Part shown: positions 43,216 through 51,796 of the stretch, in pieces | Position numbering within the stretch: the first letter of the stretch is position 1 | Layout of the letters: the number at the start of each line of letters is the position of its first letter | DNA from: Lentimicrobiaceae bacterium | GTDB lineage: Bacteria > Bacteroidota > Bacteroidia > Bacteroidales > JAGONC01 | Length of the DNA: 64,000 nt | Direction: 5' to 3' | Assembly (NCBI GenBank): GCA_017993235.1 | Contig: JAGONC010000014.1 | Span: 7,149 to 71,148, forward strand | Notes under the pieces: model-generated | The model's database searches: none | What the model was told of the DNA's origin: nothing | Seen by the model: only the letters and a program-made list of their open reading frames with translations | Program-made: the position numbers and the translations under genes

Positions 43216-44256
43216 TCACCTGAATATAAATCCTCTCCCCAGCGGATCCTCCGGATCGAACCAGAACGAATGCCGGCCCGTAAAATGTGCTGTTCCGCTC
43301 ACCTCGGGAACTACGGCCCGGTGAGGCCCGAAAGTGGTCACTTCTGTGATGCTGACATCCATGGTGGTCCCCAGGATACTTTCAATCGTAATCACCTCGC
43401 CAGTCCTCAATCCATCTTTTTCGAAGTGCAATGCTGCCCTGGCACTTACTCCGGAACCCGTCGCCGAGCGATCCACCTCCCCGTCGGCAAAGATACAGAC
43501 ATTCCGGCTGTAATGGGATGCATCCTCTGGAGTGCCCGTGATGATCGTACCGTACAAAAAGCTCAGATCTTCCTCGAAAGGATGTATAATCGGGTAATGT
43601 TCCATGACAGCCAGTTTAATGCGCCGGCCAAAATCGATCAGCCGGTTGAACTCACCGGGGACCATTTTCACTCCAAGGTCTGCAGCCCCAACGAATGCAT
43701 AGAATGCGCCTCCAAATGCCACGTCAAACCGTACTTTCCCTATCCCACTCACATCCACCGTCTCATCCCTCAACAAAAGAAACGACGGAACATTCCGGAA
43801 CGAGGTCTTTTTCACGATCCCATCTTCCCTGTATCCTTTCGAAAAGATCTTGCCCGGAGGAGCATTGATGATGAGCTCCGGTTCATTTCCTTCTTTCTCG
43901 ATCATGCCTGTGTCGAGCACCAGCTTGGTCAGTGCGATGATGGCATGTCCGCACATGGTACTGTAACCCTCATTGTGGATAAAAAAAACACCAAAATCAG
44001 CATCTTCGGTAGTGGGCTCCGTCAGGATCGCCCCGTACATATCAGCGTGGCCGCGGGGTTCCCACATCAATCCTGTACGGAGATGATCAAAATGATCGCG
44101 GAAGTACCGGCGCTTCTCCAGGATCGATTTTCCCTTGATATCCGGCAGTCCGCCGGTTATGACCCGCAGCGGCTCACCGCCGGTGTGCATGTCGATGGTC
44201 GTGATCACCGGCCAGGAAGGCGGCGGTGCATAGGCAGGGATTAGTTTCATATTCAT
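43216..44256 (-). CDS. Proline racemase-family protein of the Cys/Thr type (trans-3-hydroxy-L-proline dehydratase-like)
   Basis: DMHTGGEPLRVI. The first catalytic position is Cys (STMCGHA). The second catalytic position is Thr (DRSATGSGVSARAA), as in characterised trans-3-hydroxy-L-proline dehydratases, not the DRSPCGTG of racemases and epimerases. Confidence 0.8.
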   Translation of the reverse strand: MNMKLIPAYAPPPSWPVITTIDMHTGGEPLRVITGGLPDIKGKSILEKRRYFRDHFDHLRTGLMWEPRGHADMYGAILTEPTTEDADFGVFFIHNEGYSTMCGHAIIALTKLVLDTGMIEKEGNEPELIINAPPGKIFSKGYREDGIVKKTSFRNVPSFLLLRDETVDVSGIGKVRFDVAFGGAFYAFVGAADLGVKMVPGEFNRLIDFGRRIKLAVMEHYPIIHPFEEDLSFLYGTIITGTPEDASHYSRNVCIFADGEVDRSATGSGVSARAALHFEKDGLRTGEVITIESILGTTMDVSITEVTTFGPHRAVVPEVSGTAHFTGRHSFWFDPEDPLGRGFIFR

Positions 44257-44260
44257 TTAG

Positions 44261-44327
44261 AGATGTAAAGATGTAAAATTACTTCGAATATCATTACATC
44301 GCTCCATCGCTACTTCGCTACATCTTT
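44261..44327. repeat. Octamer arrays in inverted orientation at the EamA / proline-racemase-like junction
   Basis: AGATGTAA x2 (44261-44276) faces ACATCGCT CCATCGCT ACTTCGCT ACATCTTT (44296-44327). TTACATC and TACATCT are complements of the left units. The right array spans the EamA stop codon (44310-44312). Confidence 0.7.
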
Positions 44328-45206
44328 AATCCTAATCTGCGCCAGCACCATTCCTGCCAGCATCAGCGCGCAGCCCAGCAGCGCGCGCGACGACAGCACC
44401 TCATGCAGGATCAGCCATCCGCCGAACGTCGCAAAGACAGCCTCAGAGCTTAAAATGATCGCTGCATGGGCCGGCGGTGCCTTTTTCTGCCCCACGATCT
44501 GCAGGGTATAGGCAATACCCACGGAGAATACCCCGCCATAAAGAAGGGGAACCGTTGCATCCACGATGGCCTGCCATACGATCTTTTCAATAAGGACAGC
44601 GATCACCAGACTGAGTAATGACGTGATGATATATTGCATCAGGGCCAGCTTCAGCGCATCCACACGGGGAGAGACGTGCCCGATGTACAACACGTGAAAC
44701 GCCCATACAAAAGCACATCCCAGAACATAAAGGTCACCCTTCGAGTTGTGAAAGTTGCCGGTGACACTCAGGAAGTACATTCCGGTAGCGGCCAGAAGTG
44801 CACCTATCCATACATAGATGGACGGCCGGTGACGGATGAACAGTCCCAGGATCGGAACAAAGACGACATACAATCCTGTGATGAAGCCTCCATTCCCGGC
44901 GGTGGTATAGATCATGCCCGTCTGCTGAAGTGTTGCTCCTGCAAATACCAGGAGTCCTGCAATGATCCCGCCCCTGACCAGGGTTTTTCGATGATCCTGA
45001 AGAAATTCCGGACGGATATCGATTTCCCTGTTTTTCCGGATGAAGATGAAAGCACCCAGCACCAGCGCTCCCAGCCCGAAACGTATACCATTGAAAAGGA
45101 ATGGACCCATGTACTCCATCCCCACCCGCTGTGCCGTAAAGGCAAAGCCCCAGATCAGGGCTGCCAGCAGCAGCAGGAGTTCGGATTTAACGATCGTCGT
45201 TTTCAT
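44310..45206 (-). CDS. EamA/DMT-family transporter
   Basis: Ten TM segments and two EamA repeats. The ATG at 45206 (MKTTIVKSELLLLLAALIWGFAF) avoids overlap with the GRE gene. Confidence 0.8.
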   Translation of the reverse strand: MKTTIVKSELLLLLAALIWGFAFTAQRVGMEYMGPFLFNGIRFGLGALVLGAFIFIRKNREIDIRPEFLQDHRKTLVRGGIIAGLLVFAGATLQQTGMIYTTAGNGGFITGLYVVFVPILGLFIRHRPSIYVWIGALLAATGMYFLSVTGNFHNSKGDLYVLGCAFVWAFHVLYIGHVSPRVDALKLALMQYIITSLLSLVIAVLIEKIVWQAIVDATVPLLYGGVFSVGIAYTLQIVGQKKAPPAHAAIILSSEAVFATFGGWLILHEVLSSRALLGCALMLAGMVLAQIRIKDVAK

Positions 45207-45246
45207 GGAGATTCTGTGGGGAAGGAACTCAGGTACCTCTCCCGAT

Positions 45247-47610
45247 TTAAAACGCTGTATGCTCTGTCCGGCGGATGATCTCATCCTGCAGATCTTTCCC
45301 CAGGTCGTTGAAGTAATCGCTGTAACCCGCCACCCTCACGATCAGGTCCTGGTACTTCTCGGGATATTTCTGCGCATCCCTCAGGGTGTCGGCATTCACC
45401 ACGTTGAACTGGATATGATGCCCATCCATGCGGAAATAGCTCCGGATCAGCTGTACCAGGCTTTCGATTCCCCGTTCCCCTTCAAAGAGCTGTGGTGTGA
45501 ACTTCTGGTTGAGCAGCGTTCCTCCGGTCTTTAAGTGATCGATCCGGGCAGCGGATTTCAACACGGCCGTGGGTCCTTTTTTATCGGAGCCCTGGAAGGG
45601 AGAGATCCCCTCCGACAGGGGCAGGCCGGCTTTTCGGCCGTCGGGTGTGGCACCAATGACACTGCCAAAATAAACATGGCTGGTGGTGGGCAGCATGTTG
45701 ATCCGGAATTTTCCGCCTCTTGCCGTGGGCCGGTCATTCACAGCCTGGTAGAACATGTTGAATACGCTGACTGCATGCTGATCGGCATAATCATCATCGT
45801 TGCCATACTTGGGAGTGTTATAGACCAAATCGAATCTCAGCTCATCATTTCCTTCAAAGTTCGACCTCAGGGCATCCAGCATTTCAGCCATTGTCAGCTT
45901 TTTTGTATCGAAAACGTTGTACCTGAGGGAAGTCAGGATATCCGTGATACTTCCCAGTCCGACTCCCTGAATGTAACTGGTATTGTAACGGGTTCCCCCA
46001 CGGTTGTAATCCTGTGCATTATCAATGCAGTCATCCACCAGCAGCGAAAGGAAAGGCACCGGAATATAATCTCCGAATAGTTTTTCTATAATGTTGTTGC
46101 CTTTGATTTTGATATCAATGAAATGACGGAGCTGTTTGTTAAAAGCTTCCATGATCTGGTCAAATGACGTAAAAGACGTGACATCTCCTGTCAGCAATCC
46201 GATTTGTTTACCAGTCCGCGGATCGGTGCCGTTGTTCAGGGCGATCTCCAGCACTTTGGTCAGGTTGAAGTACCCGGTCAGCCAGTAGGCTTCGGTACCG
46301 AAGGCGCCGCTCTCCACGCATCCGCTGGCACCGCCGTTACGCGCGTCTTCAATGGATTTGCCCTGACGCATCAGCTCCTGAATGATGGAATCGGTATTGA
46401 AGATGGATGGCTGGCCAAAACCGGTTTTCAGGATCCTGGCTGCTCTCTTCAGCAGGTTATCCGGATTCTGCTTGCTTATCTGCACCATCGAACTGGGCTG
46501 CAACAGGCGCATCTCCTCGATCACGTCAAGGATCAGGTAGCTCATCTCATTGACGGCATCCTTTCCGTCAGCTGTGAGACCGCCCACGTTGATCAGCGCA
46601 AAATCCGTGTAGGTGTTGCTTTCCAGTGCTGTCACCCCTACCTTGGGGGGGGCCGGGTGGTTGTTGAACTTCACCCAGAAGGATTGCAGGATCTCTGTTG
46701 CTCTTTCTTTAGTGAGCGTACCCGCCTCTGTCTCCCTTTTATAGAACGGATACAGGTGCTGGTCGAGCCGTCCCGGATTGAAGGAGTCCCAGGGGTTGGT
46801 CTCGGTGATGACACCCAGGTGCACAAACCAGTAGTATTGAAGGGCTTCATGGAAGGTGCGGGGAGCATGGGCAGGAACACGGCGGCAGATGGTTGCCATA
46901 TCGTTCAGCTCCGCTTTCCGGGCGGGATCCGGTTCACCGTCGGCAAGCTTCTCCAGCTCCAGTGCATGACGTTCGGCATAAAGGATCAGCGCATCAGCGG
47001 CAATCTCCATGGCACGCAGCTCCTCCCGCTTGTCCATAGCCTGCGGATCGTTATAAAAATCAAGCTTTTCCATATTCTGCCGGATCTGTGCCTTCAGATC
47101 CAGAAAACCCATCCTGTAGATTTTCCCTCCCAGCACGGTATGTCCGGGGGCACGCTGTTCCTGGAATTCAGTAAAGACGCCTGCCTGGTAGCTGTCGATC
47201 CAGGCCTGGTCCATTTCACGGAACAGCCGTTCACGATTACTTTTTCCCCTCCAGAACGGGATGATGATGTCTTCGTATGCTTTTCGCGTTTCGTCATCCA
47301 CTTTGAACGACACCTTCGGTCGGCTGTTCAGGATATCCAGGTCCTGCAGGGAGTGCAGACAGACTTCCGGATAGGAAGGAGTTGCCTTGGGAGCAGGTCC
47401 TCTTTCACCGACGATTAGTTCGCCTTCGTTGATACAGATCCTTTTGTGCTCAAGGATGTACTTGAACGTCAGGGCCCTTTTTACAGGTACAGAAACCTGC
47501 TGAGCCAGGTCGCTTTGATAAAAGTCTGTCACCAGGAGCGCACGTTCCGCAGAAATGCGGTTGACGGCTTTAAGACTCTGTTCACGAAGTTTGGTTATGC
47601 GTGGGTTCAT
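45247..47610 (-). CDS. Glycyl radical enzyme of the 1,2-eliminase class, candidate trans-4-hydroxy-L-proline dehydratase (HypD-like)
   Basis: 787 aa. C-terminal glycyl-radical motif RVAGYSDYF. Cys loop GGASGCVESG has a single Cys with Glu at +2 (eliminase type, not the CC of PFL). Adjacent activase. Confidence 0.85.
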   Translation of the reverse strand: MNPRITKLREQSLKAVNRISAERALLVTDFYQSDLAQQVSVPVKRALTFKYILEHKRICINEGELIVGERGPAPKATPSYPEVCLHSLQDLDILNSRPKVSFKVDDETRKAYEDIIIPFWRGKSNRERLFREMDQAWIDSYQAGVFTEFQEQRAPGHTVLGGKIYRMGFLDLKAQIRQNMEKLDFYNDPQAMDKREELRAMEIAADALILYAERHALELEKLADGEPDPARKAELNDMATICRRVPAHAPRTFHEALQYYWFVHLGVITETNPWDSFNPGRLDQHLYPFYKRETEAGTLTKERATEILQSFWVKFNNHPAPPKVGVTALESNTYTDFALINVGGLTADGKDAVNEMSYLILDVIEEMRLLQPSSMVQISKQNPDNLLKRAARILKTGFGQPSIFNTDSIIQELMRQGKSIEDARNGGASGCVESGAFGTEAYWLTGYFNLTKVLEIALNNGTDPRTGKQIGLLTGDVTSFTSFDQIMEAFNKQLRHFIDIKIKGNNIIEKLFGDYIPVPFLSLLVDDCIDNAQDYNRGGTRYNTSYIQGVGLGSITDILTSLRYNVFDTKKLTMAEMLDALRSNFEGNDELRFDLVYNTPKYGNDDDYADQHAVSVFNMFYQAVNDRPTARGGKFRINMLPTTSHVYFGSVIGATPDGRKAGLPLSEGISPFQGSDKKGPTAVLKSAARIDHLKTGGTLLNQKFTPQLFEGERGIESLVQLIRSYFRMDGHHIQFNVVNADTLRDAQKYPEKYQDLIVRVAGYSDYFNDLGKDLQDEIIRRTEHTAF

Positions 47611-47618
47611 GGGGATTT

Positions 47619-47664
47619 GTGGTTATTCGTGGTTATTACCTTTGACTGCTGACTGCTGACTGCT
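47619..47664. repeat. Junction arrays between activase and GRE: decamer x2 and heptamer x3
   Basis: GTGGTTATTC GTGGTTATTA (47619-47638), then GACTGCT x3 (47644-47664). CAACCGC CAACCGT continues into the activase 3' end. Confidence 0.85.
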
Positions 47665-47669
47665 GACCG

Positions 47670-48464
47670 TCAACCGCCAACCGTCACCTTCATCCCGATC
47701 CGCTCAAAGACTTCCTTTAGCTCATTGAGCCTCTCCAGCGATGGTTCCTGCAGTTCTTCCAGTCTGTAATTCATTTTTAATCTTTGATATTTGCTTTTTG
47801 CTATCCGGTGATAGGGTAACAGATCGACTTGCTCCAGTCCATTCAATTCCAGGAAAAGATCCCTTAGGGCCTGGATATTGACTGGGGTATCCGTTATTCC
47901 CGGGATGACAGGGATGCGTATGATGATGTTTTTTTTCTTTGCTGATAGCTCCATCAGGTTTTCCAGCACCCGATCATTGGGTACTCCCGTATACTTAAGA
48001 TGAGATGCTGAGTCAATGAGTTTCAGATCGTACAGAAAAAGATCCACGTCATCCATAACCTGCTCCAGGATTGGGAAGGAGACATGCCCGCAAGTGTCAA
48101 GAGCGGTATGGTATCCTTTCTCTTTTGACATCCTTAGCAGTTCCAGGAGGAATTCCGGCTGCATCAACGGCTCGCCCCCCGAAAAGGTGATCCCTCCGCC
48201 CGACTGATCATAATAAATACCATCCTTTTCGATTTCTTTCATCACCTCCACGGCATCCACCCATCTGCCAGATATCTCTTCGACACGGAATGACCTCCCA
48301 TCCAGCGATCGTTCCTTGATCACCACATCCTCATGTTTTGACTGGCTTTCCGGATTATGGCACCACCAACACCGCAGCGGACATCCCTTGAAAAACACGG
48401 TTGTCCGGATGCCCGGTCCATCGTTGATGGAATAATGTTTTATATCGAAGATGATTCCTTTCAC
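47670..48464 (-). CDS. Glycyl-radical-enzyme activating enzyme (radical SAM), minimal PflA-like form
   Basis: GTG start. DGPGIRTTVFFKGCPLRCWWCHNPES (CX3CX2C) and GGEPLMQ. Only 4 Cys in 264 aa, so there is no ferredoxin-like auxiliary-cluster insert. Confidence 0.9.
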   Translation of the reverse strand: MKGIIFDIKHYSINDGPGIRTTVFFKGCPLRCWWCHNPESQSKHEDVVIKERSLDGRSFRVEEISGRWVDAVEVMKEIEKDGIYYDQSGGGITFSGGEPLMQPEFLLELLRMSKEKGYHTALDTCGHVSFPILEQVMDDVDLFLYDLKLIDSASHLKYTGVPNDRVLENLMELSAKKKNIIIRIPVIPGITDTPVNIQALRDLFLELNGLEQVDLLPYHRIAKSKYQRLKMNYRLEELQEPSLERLNELKEVFERIGMKVTVGG

Positions 48465-48620
48465 GGTGAAAATGTTTCGCGTAAAAAAAATGGAAAAAGG
48501 ATCCCGCAGGGAACGGACCAGCGTTAACCTAGCACATCCAGCAGGCGTAAAGGCCCTTGCCGTTGTTGTGGTAAAGTGTGCTATGATGGCAGTGGAAAGA
48601 CATGACTATAAAGTGGACTG

Positions 48621-48628
48621 CAAAATTA
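48621..48628 (-). promoter_or_regulatory. Candidate -7 promoter box TAATTTTG for the GRE operon
   Basis: The plus strand reads CAAAATTA, 156 nt upstream of the GTG start at 48464. This implies a long leader. Confidence 0.3.
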
Positions 48629-48732
48629 CAACGGTTTTGCGTGATTCTTAGGGGGAAATTTAATTTAGACTCAGTCCAGATTAGCTTCAGGTTGTACTTC
48701 TTCGTCAAGAATACTTTTGCTCTTTGCTCTTA

Positions 48733-49164
48733 TTAAAGGTACTCCCTGTTCAGTTTTTCTCTGAGGTCGGCTTCGATTGCCATGGCCTTACCCTCATCAT
48801 CAATCTTCACAAAGGTGATGAAGGTTGAGCAGACGGTTTCTTCCAGATGGCTCGGAAAATCGCAGCGTCGTGCTTCCACCAGCAGCGTGATGGAGGAAGT
48901 TCCGACACGTGTCACCTCCCCGTAAATCCGGATGTGCTGACCCATTTTGACAGGTTTCTTGAAGATTACCTCATCCATTTTAAGGGTAATCATATTTGGT
49001 GTTGAGCAGATATAACTTGCCAATGAAGCGCCCGCTTCGTCAAGCCACGACAGCATCGTCCCGCCGAACAGGTTGCCTTTTACCCCGATATCGCTGGTCT
49101 TGCAAACCTTGGTCGAAATATATACCATTTTATTCATACATGAATTTTTGACCACTACTACCAT
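48733..49164 (-). CDS. Acyl-CoA thioesterase (hotdog fold)
   Basis: GNLFGGTMLSWLDEAGA is typical of YciA/acyl-CoA thioester hydrolases. The true start may be the ATG at 49137 or 49128. Confidence 0.8.
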   Translation of the reverse strand: MVVVVKNSCMNKMVYISTKVCKTSDIGVKGNLFGGTMLSWLDEAGASLASYICSTPNMITLKMDEVIFKKPVKMGQHIRIYGEVTRVGTSSITLLVEARRCDFPSHLEETVCSTFITFVKIDDEGKAMAIEADLREKLNREYL

Positions 49165-49166
49165 AC

Positions 49167-49185
49167 TGGCATCCCTACGGGATTT
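49167..49185. repeat. Solitary REP-like hairpin
   Basis: TGGCATCCCtacGGGATTT is identical at 17 of 18 positions to the REP unit at 21553-21570 (TGGCATCCCttcGGGATT). Confidence 0.5.
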
Positions 49186-49241
49186 CAGTGGAGGATTCTA
49201 ATATTCTATGACAATGAATAACAATTAATTACAACGAAAAT

Positions 49242-49271
49242 CCATGAATGACCACGAATGACCATGAATGA
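49242..49271. repeat. Decamer array x3 abutting the EF-G stop codon
   Basis: CCATGAATGA CCACGAATGA CCATGAATGA. In another phase this reads GAATGACCAC, one mismatch from the complement (GAATAACCAC) of the decamer at 47619-47638. Confidence 0.85.
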
Positions 49272-51335
49272 CTATCTTTTTTCCCCCAGCTTTTTAATGA
49301 TCTCATCCTGCTGAGTCCTCGAAACGGGCATATAGCGGTAGAAATCCATGGAATAGTTGGCCCGGCCGCTGGTCAGGTTCCTGAGCTGATTGGCATAGCC
49401 AAACATTTCATTCAAAGGGACAATGCTCACCAGTTTCTGTGATCCTTTCCTGAATCTTCGCATCGACTCCACTTTCCCTCTCCGGCGGTTAAGATTACCC
49501 ACGATCTCGCCAATGTACTCATCCGGGGTATTGATCTCAACTTTCATGACCGGTTCCATTACGATGGGATTGGCCTTCATGAAGCCCCTCTTGAAACAGA
49601 TGGATGCGCAGGTTTGAAAGGCCAGGTCAGATGAGTCGACAGGATGATATTTCCCATCCAGCAGCACAATTTTGACATCAACGATGGGAAATCCTGTCAG
49701 GATACCATCTGCCATGGTTTTCCGGATCCCTTTATCTACGGATGGGATGAATTCCAGCGGGATGGCGCCTCCCTTGATCTTGTCGATAAATTCGTACCCT
49801 TTGCCCTCATTGGGCTCCATGCGGAAAAGCACCTGTGCGAACTGTCCCTTTCCGCCGGTCTGTTTGACATGGCGATATTCAGCCTCAACCTCCGCTGCAA
49901 TGGTTTCCCGGTAGGCCACGGAGGGTTCACCCACTTTCACCTCCACTTTATGTTCATGCAGCAGCCGGTCCACAATGATCTCCAGATGCAGCTCGCCCAT
50001 TCCTGCGATGATGGTTTCTTCCGTTTCCTCATCGAACCTGACATGAAAGGAAGGATCCTCGCTGGTTAGTTTGTTCAGGGCTTCACCCAGTTTTCCCTGG
50101 TCGGTACGGCTGGCAGGTGTGATCTTAAGCTCCACCACCGAGGGCGGTACCTGAATGGATTCCAGGTGAAGCGGATGCTCCGTGTCGCAAAGGGTATCAC
50201 CCGTTTTGGTGAATTTCATTCCGATCAGCGCTACGATCTCTCCGGGACCCGCCTCACTGATCTCCTCCCTGTCCTTGGCATGAATGCGCAGGATCCGACT
50301 GATGCGTTCCTGTTTATCCCGGGTGGAATTCAGAACAGTCATCCCGCTTTTTAACTGCCCTGAGTAAATGCGTATAAAGGTCTGCTGCCCCACGAACGGA
50401 TCATGGATCAGTTTGAACGCCAGTGCGGTAAAAGGTGATTTTACCGAAGGATACCGCGTATGCGATTTTTCAGGATCATCGGTATCAAGTCCGACAACTG
50501 CCCCGACATCCAGGGGTGATGGCAGGTAGTCAACCACTGCATCGAGCAACTGCTGAATACCTTTATTCTTATAGGCGGCTCCGCAGAATACGGGGGTTAT
50601 CATCATTTTCAGGGTGGCCTGGCGGGTGACCGCTTTGATCTGATCAACCGGAACCTCCTTGTCCTCAAGAAACAACTCCATGACTGAGTCATCAAACTCG
50701 GCAATTTTTTCGATCAGGTGCAATCTGGCTTCTGCTGCTCTCTCACGGTATTCAGGAGGAATGTTGGTTATCGTACAATCCTTTCCATTGAACAGGATCG
50801 CTTTTTGTTCGACGACATCAAGGATACCCATAAAATCTTCTTCAGTACCCATGGGCAGATGAAAGGCTACGGCGTTGGCATCGAGATGCCGGTTCATCAT
50901 GGTTACTGCCTCATGAAAATCTGCTCCGTTCCGGTCCATTTTATTGATGAAGGCAATGCGGGGTACCTTGTAACGGTCAGCCTGATGCCAAACGGTCTCG
51001 CTCTGGGATTCCACACCGCTAACCGCACAAAACACAGCAACCAGTCCGTCGATGACGCGCAGGGAGCGCTCCACCTCGATCGTAAAATCCACATGGCCGG
51101 GAGTGTCGATCAGATTGATCTGCGATCCTTTCCAAGAGCAGGTAATGGCTGCCGATGCAATGGTGATGCCCCGTTCCTGCTCCTGCTTCATGAAATCCAT
51201 GGTTGCCTGCCCATCATGAACTTCTCCCATCTTACGTGTGGTTCCCGTATAAAACAGGATCCGTTCTGTGACGGTAGTCTTCCCTGCATCAATGTGTGCC
51301 GCAATACCTATATTTCTGAGGTTATGTAAATGCAT
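49272..51335 (-). CDS. fusA: Elongation factor G family GTPase
   Basis: [36 protein letters not shown]. 687 aa with EF-G domains II-V. It may be an EF-G paralogue. Confidence 0.88.
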   Translation of the reverse strand: MHLHNLRNIGIAAHIDAGKTTVTERILFYTGTTRKMGEVHDGQATMDFMKQEQERGITIASAAITCSWKGSQINLIDTPGHVDFTIEVERSLRVIDGLVAVFCAVSGVESQSETVWHQADRYKVPRIAFINKMDRNGADFHEAVTMMNRHLDANAVAFHLPMGTEEDFMGILDVVEQKAILFNGKDCTITNIPPEYRERAAEARLHLIEKIAEFDDSVMELFLEDKEVPVDQIKAVTRQATLKMMITPVFCGAAYKNKGIQQLLDAVVDYLPSPLDVGAVVGLDTDDPEKSHTRYPSVKSPFTALAFKLIHDPFVGQQTFIRIYSGQLKSGMTVLNSTRDKQERISRILRIHAKDREEISEAGPGEIVALIGMKFTKTGDTLCDTEHPLHLESIQVPPSVVELKITPASRTDQGKLGEALNKLTSEDPSFHVRFDEETEETIIAGMGELHLEIIVDRLLHEHKVEVKVGEPSVAYRETIAAEVEAEYRHVKQTGGKGQFAQVLFRMEPNEGKGYEFIDKIKGGAIPLEFIPSVDKGIRKTMADGILTGFPIVDVKIVLLDGKYHPVDSSDLAFQTCASICFKRGFMKANPIVMEPVMKVEINTPDEYIGEIVGNLNRRRGKVESMRRFRKGSQKLVSIVPLNEMFGYANQLRNLTSGRANYSMDFYRYMPVSRTQQDEIIKKLGEKR

Positions 51336-51368
51336 GATCTGTTTTTGCTGTAAATAGCTGGTAATCCG

Positions 51369-51737
51369 TTATTTTTTGAATACAAAATACACAGCCAGTA
51401 TGATAAAGACAAATCCTATGAGATGATTGATGCGGAACGTTTCGTTCCGGAATACCATTAGCGTAAAGAGCATAAATACGAGAAGGGTGATCACCTCCTG
51501 GATGACCTTCAGTTCGACGAGGGAAAAAGATCCTCCGTTTCCTTTGTATCCGAAGCGGTTGGCAGGAACCTGGAAAAAATATTCAAACAGGGCTATTCCC
51601 CAGCTGATGAGGATCACTGCCAGCAAAGGAAGTGTGCTGAATCCTTTCATATCCCTGAACTTCAGATGACCGTACCAGGCAAGGGTCATGAAGACGTTTG
51701 ACAAGATAAGAAGCCCAATCGTATAAGCCGGTTTCAT
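51369..51737 (-). CDS. DMT-superfamily small membrane protein (DUF486-like)
   Basis: 122 aa, 4 TM segments, NVFMTLAWYGHLKF signature. Confidence 0.7.
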   Translation of the reverse strand: MKPAYTIGLLILSNVFMTLAWYGHLKFRDMKGFSTLPLLAVILISWGIALFEYFFQVPANRFGYKGNGGSFSLVELKVIQEVITLLVFMLFTLMVFRNETFRINHLIGFVFIILAVYFVFKK

Positions 51738-51759
51738 AAGTGTCTGTAAAAAGAGGGCG

Positions 51760-51767
51760 CAAAATTA
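51760..51767 (-). promoter_or_regulatory. Candidate -7 promoter box TAATTTTG
   Basis: The plus strand reads CAAAATTA, 22 nt upstream of the ATG at 51737. Confidence 0.4.
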
Positions 51768-51796
51768 GTGTTTTTTCTGATTCAGAGCCTTCCCTC

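Noticed and set aside
43159-44244. 361-aa + strand ORF
   Set aside because: It lies antisense to the well-supported proline-racemase-family gene. Its composition is Arg/Ser/Pro-rich with no motifs. This is typical shadow-ORF behaviour.
46204-47418. 404-aa + strand ORF (also 45535-46080 and 45040-45534)
   Set aside because: These are shadow ORFs antisense to the glycyl radical enzyme gene, with no recognisable domains.
48451-48651. 66-aa + strand ORF in the GRE operon leader region
   Set aside because: There is no supporting start context or motifs. The region is better explained as the minus-strand promoter and leader.
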